Of a stretch of 64,000 bases of DNA, positions 11,363 through 20,673 are shown piece after piece. The number at the start of each line of letters is the position of its first letter. Position 1 is the first letter of the stretch. The notes beneath the pieces were generated by a model that searched no databases, was not told the DNA's origin, and saw only the letters and a program-made list of their open reading frames with translations. The position numbers and the translations under genes were made by a program. The stretch comes from Minisyncoccota bacterium. GTDB lineage: Bacteria > Patescibacteriota > Minisyncoccia > 2-02-FULL-40-12 > GWA2-44-9. The stretch covers positions 2,974 to 66,973 of the forward strand of contig DASPGX010000028.1 of the NCBI GenBank assembly GCA_035620375.1. The letters run 5' to 3'.

Positions 11363-11588
11363 CTATTCAAGCTTTCCCTCTCCGGAGGGGAACGGATAGA
11401 AGGTAAATGTCGATGTAGGATATGCGCTGGCTTCTCAGCAATGGGAAGCGGGCTTAACCGCCACGGCGCATGAACTACGGCGGGTCCGACGCATAAATCG
11501 GAGGCCTTATACCGGTTCGGCCAAAAACACCGGTGGTGGACGATTGGCTATATCAAATATGCAAGGCCCTTCCTGCCGTAAGGCAGAC

Positions 11589-11616
11589 ACAACACCCGCC
11601 GTATGGCGGGTGTTGT
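11589..11616 (+). terminator. Hairpin closing the 16S transcript
   Basis: ACAACACCCGCC-GTAT-GGCGGGTGTTGT just after the 3' arm of the processing stem. Confidence 0.55.
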
Positions 11617-11629
11617 GGTAAAATAAGGC

Positions 11630-11893
11630 ATGCAGCCGGAACTGCCGACGTATCTTCCGGACATCGGGGCGGCCGGCCTGGGCCTGCCTCTGCGGCTTTC
11701 GGCTTCCTCCGAACTTATCGTGCTCGCATTCGCCCTTACGGTCGTATTCTGGGGGGTCATGGCGGCCATTTTCATATACCATTGGCGGCGGTTCCCGTTT
11801 GACCGCGAGCGTCTCGTGTTCGGTGAGCGCCTGTTCTTCTCGGTGTCGGCCGCCGCGATACTCGTCGCGCTCGGCGGCGTGCTCACGCTGTAG
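11630..11893 (+). CDS. Small 2-TM membrane protein
   Basis: Two hydrophobic helices flanking YHWRRF; extended -10 TGGTAAAAT 5 nt upstream. Confidence 0.7.
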   Translation: MQPELPTYLPDIGAAGLGLPLRLSASSELIVLAFALTVVFWGVMAAIFIYHWRRFPFDRERLVFGERLFFSVSAAAILVALGGVLTL

Positions 11894-11895
11894 CC

Positions 11896-12414
11896 ATGTA
11901 TATACCCCTTGAACAAGGCGAGCGCGTCGTCATAAAAGTTCACCGGCACTGGTTCTTTCTGGCCACTCACGCGCTGCTTATCGTGCTGGTTCTTGTGCTC
12001 CCGTTCGCGGCGTACCGTTCGCTTATCGCGTACGGCGCGCTGGCTCCCGGGGGCGTTTCCGCCGGGGCGGCGTGGACCCTCGGTGCGCTGTGGTTCCTCG
12101 TCGGGTGGACGTTGTATTTCAAATTCTGGACCCTGTATTGGCTGGACATCTGGGTTGTCACGGACCGGCGGCTTATAGATATTGATTACCGGCACCTCTT
12201 TGACCGGGACATCGCCATCCTGCGTCTGGATAAGATTCAGGACGTGCAGGTCCGCGTGACGGGGGTTCTCGGAAATCTCCTGAAGTTCGGCGCGGTTTCG
12301 GTTCAGACCGCGGGGGAGTCGCGGGAGTTCGTCATTGACCAGATTGCCGAGCCCGAGGCGCTCCGTGACGCAATCGTGAAGGGGTCCGGCGCATCATCGC
12401 GGGTATCGGGATAG
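11896..12414 (+). CDS. Membrane protein with bacterial PH (bPH_2) domain
   Basis: HRHW, two TMs, VVTDRRLID...LDKIQDV.V...G.V.VQTAG. Confidence 0.85.
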   Translation: MYIPLEQGERVVIKVHRHWFFLATHALLIVLVLVLPFAAYRSLIAYGALAPGGVSAGAAWTLGALWFLVGWTLYFKFWTLYWLDIWVVTDRRLIDIDYRHLFDRDIAILRLDKIQDVQVRVTGVLGNLLKFGAVSVQTAGESREFVIDQIAEPEALRDAIVKGSGASSRVSG

Positions 12415-12457
12415 AAAAAAAGCGGCCGCCATGGGGCGACCGCCTCGCGTCTCACCT

Positions 12458-13591
12458 TCAGCCGAGGTCAGCACGGATGTTTATCCAGCGTCCGACCTCT
12501 GTCAGGTACTCTTTCCGCCGGTCGGCATTCAGTGCCTTCTCGGGCGTCAGAACGCCGTTCAGGGTTCTGCCCTGCGCCTGCATGCGGGCGAGTGCTGCGG
12601 CGGAAAATCCGGTCGTCCGTTCCATGGCCGAGAGACCTGATCTCGGGTCAAAGCGGTCCAGGAGACGGTAGGAGAGGTATTCGCCGGAAAGCGTCTCCGC
12701 GGTAACCCGCATGAACGCCACGTCAGGATGTGCGTGGTCGGTGCGGGGCAGACGTTCGATGACCTCGCGGAACTGTTCGCGTGAGAGGCCCTGGAACGTG
12801 TCCACGAATCCGGGCCAACGCAGCGTAAGCTCGTCAAACCGGTAGACGCCCTGCGCTGCGAAGTTCCACGGTGCCACTGACGCTCCCGATGAGGAGAACG
12901 CCTCCACCGACATGAACTGCGGACAGACGTCGGTCAGTTCCTGCAGCGGAAACCGGTGGATGACGTCAAACGGATTGATTTCCACGACCTTCCGGTCGCG
13001 CACGACCGGCGCGGGGTCGTAGCACATGTGCTCCAGACCCTCCGCCGAGTAAATGAGCTGGTAGTTGGACGGTTCCTCCGGCTTCTGCGGCAGGCCGCCG
13101 GCGGCGATGACGACCTTCTTCGCTGCCGTGGTGTTCAGGCGGTCCAGAAGGTCCTGCGCCATGACGACGCCCAGTCCGGGCATCAAACCGCAATCCGGAA
13201 TGATGGAGACCCCGAATCCCTCCGCCAGAGCATGCATGCCGAGCATGTCACGCGTTACCGGAACGACGCCGCCGAGTTCGCAAAAGTGCCTGCCGCATTC
13301 CATGGCATTTTGCGCAAGCCACATGCTGTACTTTGCCGGCAGCGCGCTGATGATGACGTCGTGCGGCCCAAACACGTCGTGCAGATTGCCCTGCTCCACG
13401 TTGAGCGCGCGGGCCCGTACGGATACCCGCCGGTGCTCCTTGCCGGGCCGGATGTCGTCGGCCACGCTGAACGCCCGCTCTTCGGAGATGTCCGTGAGCA
13501 TGACGTGCTCCGTGTCTTCCTGGCGGGCGAGCCACCACGCGATGGCCTTGCCGACGCCGGTTCCCAGGACCAGGTAGCGGTATTTCCCCAT
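12458..13591 (-). CDS. Saccharopine dehydrogenase / lysine 6-dehydrogenase family oxidoreductase
   Basis: N-terminal Rossmann LVLGTGVG, ISALP, DCGLMPGL, GGLPQKP, TLRWPG, SAMERTTGF. Confidence 0.85.
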   Translation of the reverse strand: MGKYRYLVLGTGVGKAIAWWLARQEDTEHVMLTDISEERAFSVADDIRPGKEHRRVSVRARALNVEQGNLHDVFGPHDVIISALPAKYSMWLAQNAMECGRHFCELGGVVPVTRDMLGMHALAEGFGVSIIPDCGLMPGLGVVMAQDLLDRLNTTAAKKVVIAAGGLPQKPEEPSNYQLIYSAEGLEHMCYDPAPVVRDRKVVEINPFDVIHRFPLQELTDVCPQFMSVEAFSSSGASVAPWNFAAQGVYRFDELTLRWPGFVDTFQGLSREQFREVIERLPRTDHAHPDVAFMRVTAETLSGEYLSYRLLDRFDPRSGLSAMERTTGFSAAALARMQAQGRTLNGVLTPEKALNADRRKEYLTEVGRWINIRADLG

Positions 13592-13752
13592 GACGGAACT
13601 CCTTGGATTTGAATGGACCTGTCCTGCCGACAGGCGGACGGGAACACTATGCCAAAGCGTCCGATAAAGGGCAACGATACGCCACGCTGTCAATTGTGCT
13701 GTATGTTCATGCGTGATAGGGAAAGGTGTTCCTCACATCATAGGAGGTAGTG

Positions 13753-14733
13753 ATGGCAACGGTAAATCGCGAGCAGGTCAGCCGTGTGGCGGCCTATCTG
13801 AAGGCAAACCCACCCGAGGGTTCCGGCCTGAATTTCTACAGTGTGCAGACGCCCAAGGGCGAGCTTGTTCTGGACCGGATGTACCCGCCGGTGAACCATC
13901 CGCATGCCGTCGACTTCTTTTTCCTGGCGTGCCTGCACCAGTACGGGTTCTGGTGGGGAGATTCCCGGGGTTACCGTGAGCCGATGTACGGGAATCTCGG
14001 CGAAAAGCGCCTGAAGGGCTCGGATCTTCTGTGGGGCCTATTCCTACGGGCTTTGGATTCCGAAGAGCTCTGGGACCCGAAGTACCTTGCGGATATTACC
14101 CCGCGCCAGCTGGCCGATGTCATGTCCGACGACGAGGCGACACCATGGCCGAATTTTGAGGAGCGGGTGCATCTCACTCAGCGCTACGGTCGGTGGCTCG
14201 CGAGCCGCAACCTGAACCCGCTGAACATCGTGGCCCAGGCGAACAGCACCAATAGCCCGCTTCGGGGCTTCCGTCTTATCATGGACATGGACCGTGGCCT
14301 GAACCCGTGGGCGGACGACCGGCTGGAGAAGAAGCAGCTTCTTCTGGCGATGGCGTTGGCCAACCGTCCCGAGCGGTTCCTCAAGGTTGCGCCCGGCGAG
14401 GAATGGCCGCCTATCGTGGACTACCACCTCATGCGGGTGTGTCTGCGTCTGGGATTCGTGGACATCGGCTCCGCGAACATCGCCCGGAACACTGAGCGGC
14501 TCTGGGCATCGGCCGAAGAGGAGCAAGCGATACGTGTGGGGACCCGTGATGCCGTAGAGCAACTCATCCGGGAATCGGGCCTGACGATGGCCCAGGTGGA
14601 CGAAACGCTCTGGATGGCGCGCAAGTACTGTCCGGAGACGGAGAGTCCCGACTGCGACAAGTGTCTGTTCGGTTCGGTCTGTCCCCGATGGACCGGGCTC
14701 TTCCAGCCGGTCATCCGCACGACGGCCTACTGA
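13753..14733 (+). CDS. HhH-GPD/queuosine-salvage (QNG1/DUF2419-like) N-glycosylase-fold protein with C-terminal EndoIII-type 4Fe-4S motif
   Basis: GSDLLW, EKKQLL, PIVDYHLMRVCLRLG, VDETLW, C-x6-C-x2-C-x5-C (CPETESPDCDKCLFGSVC); GGAGG RBS. Confidence 0.65.
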   Translation: MATVNREQVSRVAAYLKANPPEGSGLNFYSVQTPKGELVLDRMYPPVNHPHAVDFFFLACLHQYGFWWGDSRGYREPMYGNLGEKRLKGSDLLWGLFLRALDSEELWDPKYLADITPRQLADVMSDDEATPWPNFEERVHLTQRYGRWLASRNLNPLNIVAQANSTNSPLRGFRLIMDMDRGLNPWADDRLEKKQLLLAMALANRPERFLKVAPGEEWPPIVDYHLMRVCLRLGFVDIGSANIARNTERLWASAEEEQAIRVGTRDAVEQLIRESGLTMAQVDETLWMARKYCPETESPDCDKCLFGSVCPRWTGLFQPVIRTTAY

Positions 14734-14739
14734 CGGCAA

Positions 14740-14772
14740 CGCCCTCCGCATTTCGCGGAGGGCGTCTTCGTT
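14740..14772 (+). terminator. Intrinsic terminator
   Basis: ACGCCCTCCGC-ATTTC-GCGGAGGGCGT followed by CTTCGTTT. Confidence 0.6.
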
Positions 14773-14913
14773 TCAACGGCTCACGTCTCGGCGAGGGTCC
14801 CGTGAGGGTCGCCCCGAGGGGCTCCCAAATAAATCAACGGCTCATCTCATGAGCCGTTGATTTATTTGGGATACGGGTGGCGACCCCACTTGGGTCGCTG
14901 TCGAGCCGTTGAA
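14772..14913. repeat. Palindromic element copy 2, nested (inner perfect palindrome 14823-14871 inside outer half-sites)
   Basis: Inner 23-bp stem TCCCAAATAAATCAACGGCTCAT-CTC-ATGAGCCGTTGATTTATTTGGGA; outer arms TTCAACGGCTC (14772) and GAGCCGTTGAA (14903); middle arms GGGTCGCC/GGCGACCC. Confidence 0.9.
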
Positions 14914-14921
14914 CGGGTGGG

Positions 14922-15665
14922 CTACTTAATCTGCCATGTCAGCGTTACGTTCACGCTGATTTCGTTTTCGCCCACGGGAATCTCCGGCAGGGGGGCGGTT
15001 CCGCCGCCGATATCCATGGCATCAGACTCCAAGGCGCGGAACATCACCGGATATCCGCCGGTGTCCTCGCCGAAATTGATGATGCGGCCCAGACGGATGC
15101 CCAGCTGACGCTCGAGCGCCTTTGCCTTGTCCTTGGCGTCGGCGATTGCCAGCGCCCGTGCTTCCTCGCGGAGCTTATCCGGGTCGTCGATGGTCAGCTG
15201 CAGATTGTTCACCTGGTTCGCCCCGGCACCGACCACGCCGTCCAGAATGACGTCGGTTTCCTCAAGGTTGCGGATTTTCACCTCAATGCTCTGGTTCACC
15301 TGGTATCCGGTGATGACGGGCTGGCCGCCCCGCGGATACGTATACTGCGGGTAGATGTTGTATCCGGACGTTTTGATGTCGCGCTCTTCAATGCCCCGGT
15401 CACGGAGAAACTTCACGACCGCCTCGGACCTGCGGCTGTTCTCATTCTGGGCTGATTCCGAGTTAGCCGCTTCCGTCACGATGGACAGGCTGACGACGGC
15501 CACGTCGGGAGCGGCGTTCACCGTTCCCGTCCCGGAGAACGAGACAGTGTTCGTCGTGGTCGCCGTGTTCAGCGTCCGGCTCGTCAGGACCCCGAGGAAC
15601 AGCACCCCGACAACCGAAAGGGCGATGACCGTCCATCCGAGAATCTTCTTCTGCAGTGGTTCCAT
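14922..15665 (-). CDS. SIMPL (DUF541) domain protein
   Basis: Signal/TM anchor, SGTGTVNAAPDVA, DIKTSGYNIYPQY, GANQV, A...A..KA..L, PVGENEISVNV. Confidence 0.92.
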   Translation of the reverse strand: MEPLQKKILGWTVIALSVVGVLFLGVLTSRTLNTATTTNTVSFSGTGTVNAAPDVAVVSLSIVTEAANSESAQNENSRRSEAVVKFLRDRGIEERDIKTSGYNIYPQYTYPRGGQPVITGYQVNQSIEVKIRNLEETDVILDGVVGAGANQVNNLQLTIDDPDKLREEARALAIADAKDKAKALERQLGIRLGRIINFGEDTGGYPVMFRALESDAMDIGGGTAPLPEIPVGENEISVNVTLTWQIK

Positions 15666-15721
15666 TGCGAAATTGGTTATGATGTCCTAATACGAGGACT
15701 ATCGTAGCAAAACGTCGGCCC

Positions 15722-16351
15722 GTGAGAATACCCCACAAGACATTGGAACGCAGCCTGCTGAGCGGGGGTTACCGCTCGGTCATCGGCGTGGATGAGGTCG
15801 GCATGGCGTGTCTTGCCGGTCCGGTGACCGTTTGCGCGGTCATGCTGGGCCCGGAGTTTTTCCGGAGCCGCCACGACGGCCTCCGGGGACTGCGCGACTC
15901 AAAGCTGCTCAGGCCGCATCAGCGCGAGGCCTATGCCGCCGAGCTGAAGCGGGAGCCGTCATTGCGGTTCTGTATCGCAAGCGCCATGCCCCGCACGATA
16001 GACCGGCTGAACATCTTCTGGGCCGCCCGTCTGGCGATGCGCCGCGCCGTCCGCCGGCTCGCCGGGCCGGACGACGGGTGCATGGTGCTGGTGGACGGCA
16101 ATCTTCCGGTCCGGGGACTGGGGATGGAGCAGCTGCCGGTCGTGAAAGGGGACCGGAAAGTCTTCACCATCGCATGCGCGTCCGTCATCGCCAAGGTTCA
16201 CCGTGACGGACTGATGACCCGCTACGCCCGCCGGTATCCCGGATACGGATTTGAGGTGCATAAAGGGTATCCGACGCGCATGCACCGTGAACGGCTTGCG
16301 GCGCTCGGCGCGACGGAATTGCATCGCAGGACATTTAGTGGTATAATATAA
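15722..16351 (+). CDS. rnhB: Ribonuclease HII
   Basis: IGVDEVG, LRDSKLL, VDGN, KGD, ASVIAKV.RD, HKGYPT, HRRTF. Confidence 0.95.
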   Translation: MRIPHKTLERSLLSGGYRSVIGVDEVGMACLAGPVTVCAVMLGPEFFRSRHDGLRGLRDSKLLRPHQREAYAAELKREPSLRFCIASAMPRTIDRLNIFWAARLAMRRAVRRLAGPDDGCMVLVDGNLPVRGLGMEQLPVVKGDRKVFTIACASVIAKVHRDGLMTRYARRYPGYGFEVHKGYPTRMHRERLAALGATELHRRTFSGII

Positions 16352-16381
16352 AATCGTTCATCAACAGCGGAGGGTCTCGGG

Positions 16382-17170
16382 ATGCAGACGTTCGCATGGT
16401 TCTGCGTCATCATGGCGCTTGTGCTCCTGTACGGCATGCGCATCAGGAGCGTCATCGGGTACGTCCGTTCGCCGCTCATGCACTGGTATGTCGGCGCGAC
16501 GCTCGGCGTTGGCCTGTTCCTGGGCGCGGTTCTGACCGCCAAGCTCGGACTGAGCATGCCGCGTGACGCGGCGGTCGCCCTCCACGGCGTCGTGATGTTC
16601 GTCGGGGCATGGCTGGGTTTGCGCTACTGGAGCGTATGGCGGCCGTGGGACGTTCCCGCGGCGGTACTTGCGCTGGTACTGGTGGCGTTCTACTTCACCG
16701 ACCCCCGGACGTACAACAACATCATGTTCGGCGCGGTGACGCTCGGCTGTGCGGTGGGCGGATACTACGTGACCAAGCGCTGGCTGGTCGCGTTCTCGCT
16801 CGTCATGGCCTGCTTCGACGGCTATGCCGTGTGGGGTTCGGACATCATGGAGCAGCTCATTGAGCAGAAGCCCGGTCCGTTTCCGACCGAACTGCTCGTG
16901 GCGAGCTTCTTCCCGCGCCACTTTTCCATCGGGGTCATGGACGCGCTCCTTGCGGCCATGATTATCGTCGGATTGGTGCATCACCGCGGTATCGGCAGGG
17001 CGGCAATGTTCGCACTCGCCTACGCCGGCTCTATCTTCGCCGTGGGCGTCATCGCCCTGCGTTTGGCGAACATGGGGAACACGCTGTTCGCCCATGTGCC
17101 GATGCTCGTCATCCTCGCGCCGCTGGCATGCGGCTTCCTCCTTCTCAGCCCTCGGGGCCAGGCGCCCTGA
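16382..17170 (+). CDS. Presenilin/signal-peptide-peptidase-like (A22) intramembrane aspartyl protease, paralog 1
   Basis: Polytopic; CFDGYAVWGSDIM (YD-like), SIGVMD (GxGD variant), VPML (PAL-like). Confidence 0.6.
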   Translation: MQTFAWFCVIMALVLLYGMRIRSVIGYVRSPLMHWYVGATLGVGLFLGAVLTAKLGLSMPRDAAVALHGVVMFVGAWLGLRYWSVWRPWDVPAAVLALVLVAFYFTDPRTYNNIMFGAVTLGCAVGGYYVTKRWLVAFSLVMACFDGYAVWGSDIMEQLIEQKPGPFPTELLVASFFPRHFSIGVMDALLAAMIIVGLVHHRGIGRAAMFALAYAGSIFAVGVIALRLANMGNTLFAHVPMLVILAPLACGFLLLSPRGQAP

Positions 17171-17238
17171 GGGCGCTTTCTTTTTTCGGAAACGGAGGCT
17201 ATCATCCCGAAAGCGTCTTAAATCCATAGGGAGGCCGG

Positions 17239-18144
17239 GTGTACCCCATTATCTGGTTCGCACTGGTGACGGCGTTGGCCGTCGCATACGCTGTGCGGGC
17301 CGACACAACGTGGGGTCCGCAAAAGCGTTTCTACATCGAATGGCCCCACGCCGTCGCCATCGCGCTGGCAGTCATCGTCGCCGGTCTGCTTATCGGCCGC
17401 GGCGTGCCTGAGGCGGTTACGCCCCAGCCGGCCGTGAAGCCGGCCACGACGACCGCTCCCGCCGTACCCCCGCCGGTTTCGGTGCCTGCGCCCGGCCACG
17501 CGCCCGGAAAGACCCCGACGCCGGCGACGCACGACGCGAAGCCCGGGCCGGCCATACCGCCCGAGGCATTCGTGGCATTCCATGCCGTCGGCATTGCCTA
17601 TGCGGCCTTTGCCGGACTCGTGCTCTGGCGGCGTGAAAATTGGTCTCCGTACGCTGCGGCATTCGCCGCCATGGCCGTTACGGTCGCTTACTTCACCTGG
17701 TCCGGCGTCCATGAAGTCGGCAATACCGTGCTTCTGTTGGTCGCGCTGGGATTCTCGTTGCTTGGCCGGACGGCCACGCAGAAAGGGTTCATCGTCGCAT
17801 ACATCCTACTGATGCTGTTCGACGGTTTCGCGGTCTGGGGCTCGGATCTCATGAACCGCATCGCGTTGCACTACCCCGAGGCGTTCCCGAAGTTTCTGCG
17901 GATGGCGGGTTACGGCGGCCTGGCAACGGGCATCGGCGCGGGTGATGTGCTGTTCGCGGCAATCGCGTGCAACCACATTCATCAGCACCGGGGCTTTCGG
18001 AGAGCCGTATTTTTCGCCGTCGCGTGCACGGTCGGCGTCCTCGTCGGCATCCTGATGCCGGGGCAGACGCCGTTGCTTATCTTCGTGACCCCCGTGGCGA
18101 TTGCCGCCCTGCTCATCCCGCAAGGCTGGCTGCGCATCGACTAA
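17239..18144 (+). CDS. Presenilin/signal-peptide-peptidase-like (A22) intramembrane aspartyl protease, paralog 2
   Basis: Polytopic with Pro-rich loop; LFDGFAVWGSDLM, GIGAGD, TPLL; GGGAGG RBS before the GTG. Confidence 0.65.
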   Translation: MYPIIWFALVTALAVAYAVRADTTWGPQKRFYIEWPHAVAIALAVIVAGLLIGRGVPEAVTPQPAVKPATTTAPAVPPPVSVPAPGHAPGKTPTPATHDAKPGPAIPPEAFVAFHAVGIAYAAFAGLVLWRRENWSPYAAAFAAMAVTVAYFTWSGVHEVGNTVLLLVALGFSLLGRTATQKGFIVAYILLMLFDGFAVWGSDLMNRIALHYPEAFPKFLRMAGYGGLATGIGAGDVLFAAIACNHIHQHRGFRRAVFFAVACTVGVLVGILMPGQTPLLIFVTPVAIAALLIPQGWLRID

Positions 18145-18195
18145 GTATCAACATGCTCAATCGGTGCGCATTTTGTTTGGTATAATGGACGTACC

Positions 18196-19230
18196 ATGGC
18201 CACCAATATTGCAATCAACGGTTTCGGGCGTATCGGACGGGCGTTTTTCAAGCTGGCGCTGACGAAGCCGGAGCTGAATATCGTGGCCATCAATGACCTC
18301 GGCGACCCCGAGAACCTCGCGTATCTCCTCAAGTTTGATTCCGCGTACGGCCGTTACGGCCACGAGGTCTCGGTAAAGGAGGCCGAAGGGTCCAAATACC
18401 TGGTGGTCGGAGGGCAATCGTTCCTGTTCATTCAGGAGAAAGAACTGGCGAAGCTTCCCTGGAAGGATTTGGGCGTGGATGTTGTCGTGGAGGCGACTGG
18501 CGTGTTCACGAAATACGAACAGGTGCAGTCCCATGTGGATGCGGGCGCAAAGCGCGTCGTGCTGACCGCCCCGGCAAAGGACGAGGACGGCCCGGACGCC
18601 AAGACGGTGCTCATGGGCATCAACGCCGAGGAGCTGAAGACGTGCACGCTGTCATCCAACGGCTCGTGCACCACGAATTCGGCATCACCGGTGCTGCAGA
18701 TTCTTACCGAGACCGTCGGGGTGGAAAAGGCATTTTTGAACACGACGCACGGTTATACGGCGACGCAGGCGCTCATCGACGGGCCGACCAAGGGCAAGGA
18801 CTACCGCAAAGGGCGCGCAGCTGCGGCGAACATCATCCCTGCGACGACCGGCTCCGCCATTGCGGTCGGCCGTGCGGTCCATGCGGTAACGGGCAAGTTT
18901 GACGGTATCGCGATGCGGGTGCCCGTCCTGACCGGCTCGCTGTCCGCCATCGTTTTCGTTTCTTCAAAGAAAACGAATGCGGAGGAAATCAACGAGATTC
19001 TGCGCAAAGCGGCCGTGGAGTCCCGCTGGGCCGGTATCTTCAGGGCGTCCGACGAGCAGCTGGTATCCAGCGATATCGTCGGGGACCCCTATGCCGCTAT
19101 CGCCGACCTGACGCTGACGACGGTCGTGGATGGTAACCTGTGCGCCGTATACTCCTGGTATGACAACGAATTCGGATACACGAACTCGTTGGTCATGCAC
19201 GTGTTGGAGGTGGCGAAAGCCCTTGCATAG
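18196..19230 (+). CDS. gap: Type I glyceraldehyde-3-phosphate dehydrogenase
   Basis: AINGFGRIGR, SNGSCTTN, GRAAAANIIP, WYDNEFGY. Confidence 0.97.
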   Translation: MATNIAINGFGRIGRAFFKLALTKPELNIVAINDLGDPENLAYLLKFDSAYGRYGHEVSVKEAEGSKYLVVGGQSFLFIQEKELAKLPWKDLGVDVVVEATGVFTKYEQVQSHVDAGAKRVVLTAPAKDEDGPDAKTVLMGINAEELKTCTLSSNGSCTTNSASPVLQILTETVGVEKAFLNTTHGYTATQALIDGPTKGKDYRKGRAAAANIIPATTGSAIAVGRAVHAVTGKFDGIAMRVPVLTGSLSAIVFVSSKKTNAEEINEILRKAAVESRWAGIFRASDEQLVSSDIVGDPYAAIADLTLTTVVDGNLCAVYSWYDNEFGYTNSLVMHVLEVAKALA

Positions 19231-20093
19231 TGAGCGAATATATCTCCGAAAAGAAGATAAAGGAGCTGGAGAAGAAGGCCAACGATATCCGGCAGGATAT
19301 CGTGAGTATGCTTGTGGAGGCCGGCTCCGGCCATACGGCGGGTCCGCTTGGTCTGGCGGACATCTATACGGCGTTCTATTTTCACATCCTTAACCACGAC
19401 CCCAAGCGGCCCGACTGGGAGGAGCGTGACCGGTTTATTGTATCCAACGGGCATACGTGCCCCGTCTGGTACGCGACCCTGGCGCACGCGGGGTACTTTC
19501 CGAAAGAGGAACTGAAGACGTTGCGGAAACTGGGTACGCGTCTGCAGGGCCATCCCGAGCGCGGCCATCTTCCCGGCATTGAGAACACCTCGGGTCCTCT
19601 GGGCCAGGGATTGGGTCAGGCAGCCGGCATGGCGTATGCGGCGCGCATGGATGCGCGGAAGTTCCGCGTCTACTGTCAGATGTCCGACGGAGAGCAGGAA
19701 TCGGGCGTGCTCTGGGAGTCGGCGATGTTCGCGGGCAAAAACAAGCTCAACAACCTGACCGCGTTCATTGACCGCAATAACATCCAGATCGACGGGATGA
19801 CGGAGGACATCATGCCCCTGGAGCCTCTCCGGGACAAATGGGAGGCGTTCAACTGGAACGTGCTGGAGGTGGACGGGCACAACATTGAAGCGTTCGTGGA
19901 CGCGGTGCAGGAGGCTAAGGCGACGTACGAGAAACCGACCGTCATCATCGCGCATACGATACCCGGTAAGGGCATCAAGGAGATTGAATTTGACTACAAA
20001 TGGCATGGGATTCCCCCCAAGCCCGACCAGGCCAAGGCGTTTCTGCAGGAACTGCGGACGTTGGGCGGAAAGATTACGAGCGAGCATGAATGA
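19230..20093 (+). CDS. Transketolase, N-terminal (TPP-binding) subunit
   Basis: GSGHTAG, RDRFIVSNGH, LQGHP, GPLGQG, SDGEQESG, TIPGKG, WHG. Confidence 0.93.
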   Translation: MSEYISEKKIKELEKKANDIRQDIVSMLVEAGSGHTAGPLGLADIYTAFYFHILNHDPKRPDWEERDRFIVSNGHTCPVWYATLAHAGYFPKEELKTLRKLGTRLQGHPERGHLPGIENTSGPLGQGLGQAAGMAYAARMDARKFRVYCQMSDGEQESGVLWESAMFAGKNKLNNLTAFIDRNNIQIDGMTEDIMPLEPLRDKWEAFNWNVLEVDGHNIEAFVDAVQEAKATYEKPTVIIAHTIPGKGIKEIEFDYKWHGIPPKPDQAKAFLQELRTLGGKITSEHE

Positions 20094-20232
20094 CCTGTAC
20101 GGCATGGAACAGCACCAGACTTCAGCGGTCAGGCCCGTTCACGGTATGGGCCGGCGCATGGTTTTGTGGACGATTATCGTGGTGACCGTCGGCGCCATCC
20201 TGATACTATTGTCCGGAGGGCGGGTTTTCTGA
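20086..20232 (+). CDS. Small single-TM protein (48 aa)
   Basis: ATG overlaps the transketolase-N stop; C-terminal hydrophobic helix. Confidence 0.45.
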   Translation: MNDLYGMEQHQTSAVRPVHGMGRRMVLWTIIVVTVGAILILLSGGRVF

Positions 20233-20241
20233 AACCGGATC

Positions 20242-20673
20242 ATGCTACGCGATATCACAATGATAATCTCGGTCATGGTGTCCATCGGCTCCATCGGTTT
20301 CGGGTTCTACAAGAATATCGAGGCATCCAACAACCGTGCGTTCATCTACGAACAGGCGTACCGCATTGTGGGACAGATTAATGACGCTCCCATTTCCGAA
20401 CAGGCGAAAACGCAGCTGACGACGGATGCGCTTTCCGGATTGTCCGCACCGCCGCCGGTCATCGACCTGTCGCAGTCCAGCGCCGATGTCGGCGACGACG
20501 GCGTCTGCACGCCCAACGAGGAGTCGTTCTGTACGCAACTGGCGGACCGGCTGGGACGGGAGAACGTCGCCTGTGCGCGCGGCAATGAGCCGACCGGACC
20601 CGTCTGTGCGCAGGCGGCACGGACGAGGACTGAGATACTTCAGGAGGGCTGTTTTCTCTGCTTTGCGCCATGA
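20242..20673 (+). CDS. Membrane-anchored Cys-rich hypothetical protein
   Basis: N-terminal TM, six Cys, C-terminal CFLC; paralog of the next gene. Confidence 0.65.
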   Translation: MLRDITMIISVMVSIGSIGFGFYKNIEASNNRAFIYEQAYRIVGQINDAPISEQAKTQLTTDALSGLSAPPPVIDLSQSSADVGDDGVCTPNEESFCTQLADRLGRENVACARGNEPTGPVCAQAARTRTEILQEGCFLCFAP

